From assembly GCA_963796285.1 (NCBI GenBank), contig CAWCKW010000013.1, positions 416,001 through 480,000 of the forward strand: a stretch of DNA of 64,000 nucleotides, given 5' to 3'. Below, one piece after another: positions 53,622 through 62,106 of this stretch. Source of the DNA: Nitrospirota bacterium. Its GTDB lineage: Bacteria > Nitrospirota > UBA9217. Both the position numbers and the translations under genes were made by a program. Position 1 is the stretch's first letter. Each line of letters opens with the position of its first letter. Below the pieces are notes generated by a model. The model searched no databases. It was not told where the DNA came from and saw only the letters and a program-made list of their open reading frames with translations.

Positions 53622-54866
53622 TTGAGTAACACAAGTGACCCTTATATACAATCCCTGTTTGCCGAACGGATCGGCGGCGCGATGTTCGGCAAGGAACAGA
53701 AGATCTACAAGTTCGAGAAGATCAAGCGCGCAAAACGCGCGGCCCTCGCGGCCCATCCCGGCGCCGAGCTCATTGATTTCGGCGTAGGGGAGCCTGACGA
53801 GATGGCCTTCCCCGGCGTGGTCCGGACGCTCCAGCAGGAAACGGAAAAGCCCGAGAACCGCGGCTATGCCGACAACGGCATTCAGGAGTTCAAGGACGCT
53901 GCTGCCCGTTACCTTCGGACGATCTACGGGGTGGACCAAATCAACCCCGAGACCGAGGTGCTGCACGGCATCGGGAGCAAGCCCGTGCTCGCCATGTTCC
54001 CGGCGATCTTCATCAACCCCGGCGACGTAACGCTCATGACCGTGCCCGGCTATCCCATCATGGGCACGCACACCCGCTGGTACGGCGGAGAGGTCGTGAA
54101 TCTGCCGCTCCGCGAGGAGAACGGTTTTTTGCCGGACCTCGACTCCGTGCCGGCGGACGCGAGGAAACGCGCCAAGCTCCTGTATCTTAATTATCCGAAC
54201 AACCCGACGGGAGCAGGCGCGACCGGGGCGTTCTTCGAAAAGGTCGTGAAGTTCGCGAAGCAGAATAATATCATTGTAGTCCAGGACGCGGCGTATGCAG
54301 CGCTCATGTACGGCTCCCGGCCGCTTTCCTTCCTGTCGGTGCCGGGTGCGAAGGACGTCGGCGTTGAGATCCACTCGCTCTCAAAGGCATTCAACATGAC
54401 GGGCTGGCGTCTTGCCTTCGTGGCGGGTAACGAGCGCGTGATCGCGGGCTATGGGAATGTGAAGGACAATTATGACTCCGGCCAGTTCAAGGCGATCCAG
54501 AAGGCCGGCGTTTATGCCCTGGACCACCCCGATATCTCCATCGAGATCACGGCCAAGTACGAACGCAGGCTCCGGGCCATGTCCGGCGTACTGGCGGAGC
54601 TGGGGTTCAACGCAAAGATGCCGGCCGGCACGTTCTACCTGTACGTGAAAATGCCGAAGGGCGTCAAGGGCGGCAGGCGTTTCACAAACGCGGAAGAGTT
54701 CTCCGAGTTCCTCATCACCGAGAAGCTCATCAGCACCGTGCCCTGGGACGACGCGGGTTCCTATATCCGCTTCTCGGCGACCTTCGAGTCCAAAGGCAGG
54801 GCGGACGAGCAGCGGGTGCTCGACGAGTTCAAAAAACGGATGGGCGGTCTGCAGTTCGAGTTTTAA
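53622..54866 (+). CDS. dapL: LL-diaminopimelate aminotransferase
   Basis: Class I aminotransferase motifs (NYPNNPTG, QDAAY, HSLSKAFNMTGWR) in the lysine cluster; FAERIGG..YKFEKIKRAK. Confidence 0.85.
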   Translation: MSNTSDPYIQSLFAERIGGAMFGKEQKIYKFEKIKRAKRAALAAHPGAELIDFGVGEPDEMAFPGVVRTLQQETEKPENRGYADNGIQEFKDAAARYLRTIYGVDQINPETEVLHGIGSKPVLAMFPAIFINPGDVTLMTVPGYPIMGTHTRWYGGEVVNLPLREENGFLPDLDSVPADARKRAKLLYLNYPNNPTGAGATGAFFEKVVKFAKQNNIIVVQDAAYAALMYGSRPLSFLSVPGAKDVGVEIHSLSKAFNMTGWRLAFVAGNERVIAGYGNVKDNYDSGQFKAIQKAGVYALDHPDISIEITAKYERRLRAMSGVLAELGFNAKMPAGTFYLYVKMPKGVKGGRRFTNAEEFSEFLITEKLISTVPWDDAGSYIRFSATFESKGRADEQRVLDEFKKRMGGLQFEF

Positions 54867-54956
54867 ACCGGGGATCTCTTTTCTCTACGGCACCAAGAAT
54901 GCTAATGTAGTCAACCATTGTGTCATTGTGTCTTCGTCGCTGTATTTGGTATTATT

Positions 54957-55457
54957 ATGCCTGTCATTGCATACATCGGAATAGGCTCGAACGTGGGAGA
55001 CAAGGCGGCCAATTGCCTGCGGGCCATCGAGTCCCTGGCTGAAGCGGGCCGGATCATCGACGTTTCCTCGCTCTACTACACCGAGCCCGTCGGCTTCAAA
55101 GCACAGGAGGATTTCATCAATGCCGTGGCCGCGCTTGAGACCGATCGACCGCCGGCTGAGCTCCTGGCAGTCTGCCATGCTATTGAAGAACGAATGGGGC
55201 GCCGGCGCACCGTGCGCTGGGGACCGCGTATCATTGACCTCGACATCCTGCTGTATGGCGACCTGGTGATGAACCGGCCGGACCTTGACATTCCCCACCC
55301 GTTGATGGCCGCGAGAAAGTTCGTGCTCGCTCCGCTCGTTGAGATCGCCCCCGACGCGGTGCATCCGGTATTGAACAAAACAACGGCGCAACTTCTCAGC
55401 GAGCTGCGGGATGCGCACACGGTCCTGAAGTATAAATCCGCCCAAAAAAAACAATGA
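54957..55457 (+). CDS. folK: Dihydropterin pyrophosphokinase
   Basis: IGIGSNVG, FINAV, RWGPRIIDLDIL and PHP..FVLAPL. Confidence 0.95.
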   Translation: MPVIAYIGIGSNVGDKAANCLRAIESLAEAGRIIDVSSLYYTEPVGFKAQEDFINAVAALETDRPPAELLAVCHAIEERMGRRRTVRWGPRIIDLDILLYGDLVMNRPDLDIPHPLMAARKFVLAPLVEIAPDAVHPVLNKTTAQLLSELRDAHTVLKYKSAQKKQ

Positions 55458-56116
55458 CTCAAAAACAGGACGTACACCATACCCGCTACATTGTGACCGA
55501 CGGCCCCCTCGGTGTCGGCAAGACGAGCCTCACGACCCTGCTCGCCCAGGAGCTCGGCGCCAGCCTTATCCTCGAGCAGGCGGAGGAAAACCCTTTTCTC
55601 ACCGATTTCTACAGGGACCCTGCGCGCTACCGGTTCCAGACGCAGATGTTCTTCCTCCTGAGCAGGTTCAGCCAGCAGCAGGAAATGGCGCAGCCGGACC
55701 TCTTTACGCGGATCACGATCAGCGACTACCTCTTTGACAAGGACCGGATCTTCGCGTACCTGAATCTGGACGATAATGAACTGGCGCTCTATGAGCAGGT
55801 CTACAAGATCCTTGAACCGAAGATCGTCCGGCCCGACCTGGTGATCTTTCTCCAGGCGGACACCGACACGCTGCTCCGCCGCATCAAACAGCGCGGGAGG
55901 TCCTTCGAGAAAGAGATCAGCCTCGATTACATCGCCGCTGTGAACGAGGCCTACAACCAGTTTTTCTTCCGCTATTCCGACACCCCGCTCCTCGTCATCA
56001 ACACCTCGGACATCGACTTTGTCCATCGCCGGGAAGACCTCGACGACCTGCTCAAACAGATCCTGGGCATGAAACAGGGCACGCAATATTATGTGCCGAG
56101 GTCAAGGGCAAAATAA
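55454..56116 (+). CDS. Deoxynucleoside kinase
   Basis: DGPLGVGKT, NPFL.DFY, SDYLFDKD and RGRSFE; follows folK. Confidence 0.9.
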   Translation: MTQKQDVHHTRYIVTDGPLGVGKTSLTTLLAQELGASLILEQAEENPFLTDFYRDPARYRFQTQMFFLLSRFSQQQEMAQPDLFTRITISDYLFDKDRIFAYLNLDDNELALYEQVYKILEPKIVRPDLVIFLQADTDTLLRRIKQRGRSFEKEISLDYIAAVNEAYNQFFFRYSDTPLLVINTSDIDFVHRREDLDDLLKQILGMKQGTQYYVPRSRAK

Positions 56117-56228
56117 TTCGCACAAAGTTAATGGCATCGCGTACTCAGTGCGCACGGGAAGGAAGCAGACAGGTTGTGTTTTTTCTGATTGCGGTTTATC
56201 TTCTTTTTGTGTAGGATTGACCCCATCC

Positions 56229-57164
56229 ATGGCGCTCTATATTTTGAAAAGGCTTTTGCTCTTCATCCCCACCCTTCTCGGCATCACCCTTATCACCTTC
56301 ATCCTGATGCAATACCTGCCCGGGGACCCGGTAACGGCCATGGTTGGCGAACGAGCCTCTCCCGAGACCATCGCACGGATCCGAACTGAACTCGGCTTGG
56401 ACAAATCGCTCACCTATCAGTATTTCATGTATCTTAAACGACTCGCTGCCGGCGAGCTCGGCCGCTCCTACTACACGAACCGGAAGATCAGTGAAGACCT
56501 GCTCCAAAAATTCCCGAACACGGCGAGGCTCGCGCTCGCTGCGATGCTCTTCGCGTCGGTCATCGGCATCGGCTTGGGTGTGTTCGCGGCTTCTAAGCGC
56601 GGCACGAACTGGGACAGAGTTGTGACCCTCCTGTCCGTGGGAGGCATCTCCATCCCGGTCTTCTGGCTCGGCCTTGCGCTCATGCTTCTGTTCGCCTTCT
56701 ATCTTCGATGGCTCCCGCCCTCGGGCATGGGCAATGGCAGCCTCATCAACATCATTCTCCCGGCGGTCACGCTCGGGACCTTCTCGCTCTCCTACATCGT
56801 GCGCGTAACGCGATCCACCATGCTTGAGACGCTCTCCCAGCCTTACGTTGCCGCTGCCCGGGCCAAGGGCTTGTCGGAATCCAACGTGGTGTTCAAACAC
56901 GCGCTCAAGAACGCGCTCATCCCCGTGGTAACGCTCATCGGCCTGGATCTCGGTTCGTATTTGAACGGCGCGGTATTGACCGAGACGATCTTCGGATGGG
57001 ACGGCCTGGGACGCTATGCGCTCGACGGGATCCTAAAACGGGACTACCCCGTCATCATGGGGGTTGTGCTCTTCGGCGCAGTGATCTTCGTGGGCATGAA
57101 CCTTCTGGTCGATATCTCATACCACTTCCTGGATCCGCGGGTAAGAGTGAAGAGTGAACAGTAA
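56229..57164 (+). CDS. Peptide/nickel ABC transporter permease (DppB/OppB type)
   Basis: PGDP, LGLDK, ARAKGL, HALKNA and ETIFGWDGLG. Confidence 0.92.
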   Translation: MALYILKRLLLFIPTLLGITLITFILMQYLPGDPVTAMVGERASPETIARIRTELGLDKSLTYQYFMYLKRLAAGELGRSYYTNRKISEDLLQKFPNTARLALAAMLFASVIGIGLGVFAASKRGTNWDRVVTLLSVGGISIPVFWLGLALMLLFAFYLRWLPPSGMGNGSLINIILPAVTLGTFSLSYIVRVTRSTMLETLSQPYVAAARAKGLSESNVVFKHALKNALIPVVTLIGLDLGSYLNGAVLTETIFGWDGLGRYALDGILKRDYPVIMGVVLFGAVIFVGMNLLVDISYHFLDPRVRVKSEQ

Positions 57165-57200
57165 GAATTTGGGAGTTCGGAGTGATTAAACTACCAGTCC

Positions 57201-58037
57201 ATGCTCGATAACCTTTCGATAAAAGATCTGACGTCAAGCACCCCTGCCCTGATCGCGGCGGTCCTGCTCATCATGCTCGTGCTCACGGCTGTTGTCGGGC
57301 CTTTTCTTGTTTCCTACGATCCTCTCGCCATGGACCTCGACAGTCTGAAGCAGCCGCCGGACAGAGCGCATCTCTTCGGCACGGACAGCAAGGGCAGGGA
57401 CATCCTCTCTCGCGTTGTCTACGGGTCTCGCATCTCTCTCAGCGTGGGGATCATCGCAGCCGCTCTCTCGCTCTGCATCGGTATCTTCTTCGGATTGATC
57501 GCGGGTTACTTCGGCAGGACCGTGGATGCCTTCTTCTCACAGGTCTTCGACATCTTTCTGGCCTTCCCCAGTCTGCTGCTCGCCATCGGCATCAGCGCGG
57601 TCATGCCCCCGGGGCTGACCTCCGCCATGCTCGCGATCACGCTCGTTGGTTGGGCCGGGTTCGCCCGCCTCGTTCGCGGGATCACCCTGTCTCTGAAGGA
57701 ACAGACGTATGTTGAGGCGTCACGGGCCCTCGGCGCTTCACCGGCAAGGATCTTGTACCGGCACATCCTCCCGAACGCGCTTCCATTGATCCTCGTGGCC
57801 GGCAGTCTGCGGGTGGGCGGGTTCATCCTGCTCGAAGCAGCGCTCTCGTTCCTCGGCCTCGGTGTGCAGCCGCCCACGCCCACCTGGGGCTCGATGATCA
57901 GCCTGAACCGCGCCTATATAAACTCCGCGCCCTGGATGGTGATCTTTCCCGGCCTCGCCATCAGCATCACCGTGATATGCTTCAACATCCTCGGCGATTT
58001 TTTGCGGGACAAGCTCGACCCTAGGATGCAGGTGTAG
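57201..58037 (+). CDS. Peptide/nickel ABC transporter permease (DppC/OppC type)
   Basis: GTDSKGRDILSR, EASRALGAS, RHILPN and GDFLRDKLDPR. Confidence 0.92.
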   Translation: MLDNLSIKDLTSSTPALIAAVLLIMLVLTAVVGPFLVSYDPLAMDLDSLKQPPDRAHLFGTDSKGRDILSRVVYGSRISLSVGIIAAALSLCIGIFFGLIAGYFGRTVDAFFSQVFDIFLAFPSLLLAIGISAVMPPGLTSAMLAITLVGWAGFARLVRGITLSLKEQTYVEASRALGASPARILYRHILPNALPLILVAGSLRVGGFILLEAALSFLGLGVQPPTPTWGSMISLNRAYINSAPWMVIFPGLAISITVICFNILGDFLRDKLDPRMQV

Positions 58038-58241
58038 CACGCAGTATAAAGGAAGGCTTGGCGAACGAAGTGGAACACGATCTGCCTGCCCGAAAAGTAC
58101 CGGGGGCAATAGTTGACTTTACAAATTAGTTAGTGCGTATAACGTACTTCCCGTATCTGTAGCTGTTTCCATTCTTTGAAGCTCAGAAGGTTCCATCCCG
58201 AATTCTGCAACGTCTACCAATAAAATATGCATCCGATAGTG

Positions 58242-58270
58242 TTGACAAAGTGCCAAGTCAGGCATATATT
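58242..58270 (+). promoter_or_regulatory. Sigma70 promoter
   Basis: TTGACA-N17-TATATT upstream of 58306. Confidence 0.65.
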
Positions 58271-58305
58271 CATTTCGAACACCAGACTCCCGCGGAGAAG
58301 GCCCT

Positions 58306-58650
58306 ATGCCGGTGATACTGCATAATGACCTCAAGATAACTGTTGACGAAGACGGGTTCCTGGCCGAGCTTGAAGACTGGTCTGAAACGGTCGCGCGCGT
58401 TCTCGCTGCACAGGAAGGAATCACAGAACTGGCGGAAGACCAGCTCGACATCCTGAAGTTCATGAGGGAGTATTATAAAAAACATAAATTCTTCCCGATC
58501 GTGCGCTACGTGTGCAAGAATGTCCACCAGCCCCGCAACTGTGTCACGGACAAATTCATTGACCCGGTCAAGGCCTGGAAGATCGCCGGTTTGCCGAACC
58601 CCGGCGTGGAAGTGATCAATTTCAAAACCTGGGACCCGCTCGGGTATTAA
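58306..58650 (+). CDS. DsrC/TusE-family protein lacking the C-terminal cysteines
   Basis: VDEDGFL..W....A, FMREYY and AWKIAGLPNP; no terminal Cys. Confidence 0.85.
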   Translation: MPVILHNDLKITVDEDGFLAELEDWSETVARVLAAQEGITELAEDQLDILKFMREYYKKHKFFPIVRYVCKNVHQPRNCVTDKFIDPVKAWKIAGLPNPGVEVINFKTWDPLGY

Positions 58651-58800
58651 AGATGGAATATAAGATGGTGATATCTTTTCAAGTCGTCATGGTCCAATCC
58701 CATAAGTTGAACAGGGGAAATCCTGTCTACAAACAGGATCTGGCCCATTTCAAATACCTGGAGATGTCCAACCCCGGAAGTCCCTTAAGGAGGCCATTCC

Positions 58801-59250
58801 ATGCATAAGCAGTCTGGAATCGTACCGTTCGTCTTCGGATTAGTACTGGGCATTCTGTGCGTGATCTACCTGCCCAAATACGTGCGGCCTTACCTGCCCG
58901 AATCACTGGTTGGTAAAGAAATCGTGGTCAAGGGGACCGTTGCGGCAAAGGAGAAAAAGGGGGTTGCTCTTCTTCTGACCGTGAATACGCCCGAAGGCGC
59001 TCTGCTGGCAACCTTCGAGAAGAAGGCAGACGAGGTCAATCTCCTGATCAACGAAAAAGACGAGGTCTACTTTATCCTGCCGAAGTACATGCCTTTTATC
59101 GACGACCCGAAAATCATACGAGTTGTAAAAGAACAACCGGCAGTTCCTCCGCCGGCCGCTGTTCCGGCCCCCGGCCGCAGGATGGAAGTGAAACCACCGG
59201 ACCGGGGTAGCAGCGCGCCGCCCATCGGAGATAAGAAGACCGGGCGGTGA
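58801..59250 (+). CDS. Hypothetical membrane-anchored protein with Pro-rich tail
   Basis: SD AAGGAGG; N-terminal TM helix. Confidence 0.7.
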   Translation: MHKQSGIVPFVFGLVLGILCVIYLPKYVRPYLPESLVGKEIVVKGTVAAKEKKGVALLLTVNTPEGALLATFEKKADEVNLLINEKDEVYFILPKYMPFIDDPKIIRVVKEQPAVPPPAAVPAPGRRMEVKPPDRGSSAPPIGDKKTGR

Positions 59251-59453
59251 ATAGCTACGCATTTCGCACTTGGATGGCCCGTTGTAGTATTAGAGGGACG
59301 GGATCAATGCCCCGGGTGAATGCTGCGTGAACCTGCGCATCCAAGGGCTCACTTCAGTTGCGTTTTATGTACATCCTATACTTCACATCACAATTAATAT
59401 TAATAAACGGATACAGATAGAAAGACATCATCACGAATATCTCTGGAGGTTGT

Positions 59454-59747
59454 ATGAATGGAGATGTATGTTTACCCGATAAGTCACAAATTGCGCGTGA
59501 GATCCTGACGTATTTAGCTAAGCACCCGGATGCACAGGATACGTTGGATAGCATTATTCGAAGCTGGCTGCCTGACCAAGAGGACAAGTATAAACTAGCA
59601 ATTGTACGCGAAGTAGTAAAGGACCTTGTTTTAGAAGGAACGATTCTGGAGAGTAAAACACCAGGTTCAGACACAGTATATAGGCTTAATGTTGCTAAAC
59701 GGAATAGAATGAAAGAATTGTTGAAGAAAATGGGCGGAAAAGAATAG
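59454..59747 (+). CDS. Small winged-helix-like hypothetical protein
   Basis: SD GGAGG; EILTYLAKHPDAQDTLDSI..W and VYRLN; AT-richer than its neighbours. Confidence 0.7.
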   Translation: MNGDVCLPDKSQIAREILTYLAKHPDAQDTLDSIIRSWLPDQEDKYKLAIVREVVKDLVLEGTILESKTPGSDTVYRLNVAKRNRMKELLKKMGGKE

Positions 59748-59811
59748 TGCTGCCTGTCTCCGTTGCCGTTTCCATTTGTTTAAACGCATAAATTAATAAC
59801 CAGGAGTGGCT

Positions 59812-60120
59812 ATGTCTGTTGTCAGGATTTCGCGCGCATTTTTCAGGCCTGACGAATACGACAGGATTGCAAAGCGTCTCGAAGACGCCCAGCAAACGCT
59901 TGTTCCGGGGATTCTTCAGCTTAACGGGTGCCTGCATTATTGGGCAGGCATTGATCATCAATCAAACACAATGGTGAATGTGAGTGTGTGGCGATCATTG
60001 ACCGATGCTCAACAGATGGAAACTCTGGCGCCGATGTTGGCGCTCGCGGAGGAATTCAGCCAACTTGGTGTCAACTTTGAGCGCCCAATCGTAAATTATG
60101 AAGTACTATGGGAGATCTGA
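59812..60120 (+). CDS. ABM-like (dimeric alpha+beta barrel) hypothetical protein
   Basis: SD AGGAG; LNGCLHYWAGID and NVSVWRS pattern. Confidence 0.65.
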   Translation: MSVVRISRAFFRPDEYDRIAKRLEDAQQTLVPGILQLNGCLHYWAGIDHQSNTMVNVSVWRSLTDAQQMETLAPMLALAEEFSQLGVNFERPIVNYEVLWEI

Positions 60121-60365
60121 CGCACGCTTTCCTTGTGCGGATTGTAAGGAATTCCTCCTGTAAGTGTTCTAAATAGCATTCTACCCTTCGACTACCACAT
60201 GTCATGTTATGAAATCTGTATCTAAATAGCAGGTTCCATGCTTTCCAAGGTTAGCATGCTTCGCCAATTATCCAATTGACTTGCCGTTTTCTGCTTCCCC
60301 GTGCATCCATGAACGCTTGACAAAATCAGCTTGTAAACTATTGTGTTCGTGTTAGTATAACCGTC

Positions 60366-61157
60366 ATGAACGACATCATTCGCGCAAAAAAATCCCTGGG
60401 ACAGAACTTCCTGCGGGACCCGCACTATCTCAACAGGATCGCCGATGCAGCGCAGGTCGGCCCGGGAGACCAGGTGCTGGAGATCGGACCGGGGCTCGGC
60501 CATCTCACGACGGTCCTTGCACACAGGGCGCATAAGGTTTTGGCCATCGAAGTGGATGACCGGCTGATCCCGCATTTGCAGGACGAGTTCGGCTCAGTAC
60601 CGAATTTCGAGCTCCTTCATGCCGATGCGCTTGAGTATGACTATGCGTCGCTCAACGGCCGGTGGAAGGTCGTCGCGAACCTTCCTTATTATATTTCCAC
60701 GCCGATCATTCAAAAACTTATCGTACACCGAGAGAAGTTCATCAGCCTTACGCTCATGCTCCAAAAGGAAGTTGCTGAACGCATCGCGTCTCCTCCCGGG
60801 GGAAAGGAATACGGTTATCTATCGGTGCTCGTGCAATTTTATACCGTGCCGAGGATAGAGTTCAAAGTGCCGCCGGGCTCCTTTACACCCAGGCCCGAGG
60901 TGGACTCGATCGTGATCACCCTCACCTTGCGCGACCGGCCCGCGGTCTTGGTCAAGGATGAGGCCTTCTTCTTTCGCGTGATCAAGGCGGCGTTCTCCCA
61001 GCGCAGGAAGACGCTCCGAAATGCCCTGAAGCAGCTTGAGGCCCCTCAAGACAGGATGGCAGCGGTTTTGAACGGCACCGGCATCGACCTCGGACGAAGG
61101 GCCGAAACCCTCACGGTCGAGGAGTTCGGCAAACTGGCGGATTTTTTACTTTCCTGA
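60366..61157 (+). CDS. rsmA: 16S rRNA m6,2A dimethyltransferase RsmA/KsgA
   Basis: KKSLGQNFL, LEIGPGLG, ANLPYYIS, MLQKEVA and QRRKTLRN. Confidence 0.97.
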   Translation: MNDIIRAKKSLGQNFLRDPHYLNRIADAAQVGPGDQVLEIGPGLGHLTTVLAHRAHKVLAIEVDDRLIPHLQDEFGSVPNFELLHADALEYDYASLNGRWKVVANLPYYISTPIIQKLIVHREKFISLTLMLQKEVAERIASPPGGKEYGYLSVLVQFYTVPRIEFKVPPGSFTPRPEVDSIVITLTLRDRPAVLVKDEAFFFRVIKAAFSQRRKTLRNALKQLEAPQDRMAAVLNGTGIDLGRRAETLTVEEFGKLADFLLS

Positions 61158-61186
61158 TCTCGACAACGTATTAAATAATTAATTTT

Positions 61187-61389
61187 GTATCTACTCAGGT
61201 ACGACCGCACCAAATGCCGAACCTTTTCGCGCAAAGCCGCAAAGTCGCAAAGAACGTCAACAACGTGGGAAACTTGATTAGTTCGTAAGAAAACAATAAC
61301 GCCTGATTCTTCCTGTATACGAGACCTGCTTTCCTTTGCGACTTTGCGGCTTTGCGCGAGACGCCTTTGTTTTTGACCTGAATAGTTAC
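61187..61389. mobile_element. MITE (203 bp) with cgcaaag inner inverted repeats
   Basis: TIR gtatctactcaggt / acctgaatagttac; flanks ttaatttt / ttaattat (7/8 TSD). Confidence 0.85.
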
Positions 61390-61454
61390 TTAATTATTAT
61401 CAAGGTAGAATGACCTTGGACCACGTTGCAGAGCCTTTGCACTTTCTTTTCGCC

Positions 61455-61482
61455 TTGACATTTAATCATCTTGCCATATAAT
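61455..61482 (+). promoter_or_regulatory. Consensus sigma70 promoter of gmhA
   Basis: TTGACA-N16-TATAAT. Confidence 0.75.
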
Positions 61483-61519
61483 AAACGCCTGTTCATTCTT
61501 GCCAATTCAGGAGCGGTTC

Positions 61520-62101
61520 ATGAAAGACGCGATCATCAAGGCATTCGAAGAGAGTGCCCGGATAAAGGTCAAGTTCGTCAGGGAAAATGTCGACAAGATC
61601 ATGGAAGTGGTCCAACTGATCGCGCAGGCGTTCCGCGAAGGTAAGAAGGTCCTTCTCTTCGGCAACGGCGGGAGCTCTACTGATGCCTCTCATATTGCCG
61701 CCGAGTTTGTGAACCGCTTTATCATTGAACGGCCGCCCCTGCCCGCGATCGCGCTGAACACCGACGTTGCGGTGCTCACGAGCATCAGCAACGATTACGA
61801 CTTTTCGCAGGTATTTGCAAAGCAGATCGCCGCCCTCGGCAATGAAGGCGACGTGGTGATCGGCCTCAGCACGAGCGGCAACTCACCGAATGTGGTCAAG
61901 GCGATCGACGTGGCGAAGAAGAACGGTATGAGGACCATCGTCCTGACCGGCGGCAACGGCGGCAAGCTCGCGAACAAGGCTGACCATACGTTCATTGTCC
62001 AATCAAAGGTTACGGCGCGCATCCAGGAAACGCACATCACGCTCGGCCATACCATCTGCCAGATGGTGGATGAAGAGCTGTTCGGAAACCACGGGAAATA
62101 G
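61520..62101 (+). CDS. gmhA: D-sedoheptulose 7-phosphate isomerase
   Basis: FGNGGS, HIAAEF, SNDY, STSGNSPN and ARIQETH. Confidence 0.95.
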   Translation: MKDAIIKAFEESARIKVKFVRENVDKIMEVVQLIAQAFREGKKVLLFGNGGSSTDASHIAAEFVNRFIIERPPLPAIALNTDVAVLTSISNDYDFSQVFAKQIAALGNEGDVVIGLSTSGNSPNVVKAIDVAKKNGMRTIVLTGGNGGKLANKADHTFIVQSKVTARIQETHITLGHTICQMVDEELFGNHGK

Positions 62102-62106
62102 ACCGC

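Noticed and set aside
60168-60231. Direct repeat TCTAAATAGCA at 60168 and 60221
   Set aside because: Only two AT-rich 11-mers with no third unit; compatible with chance.
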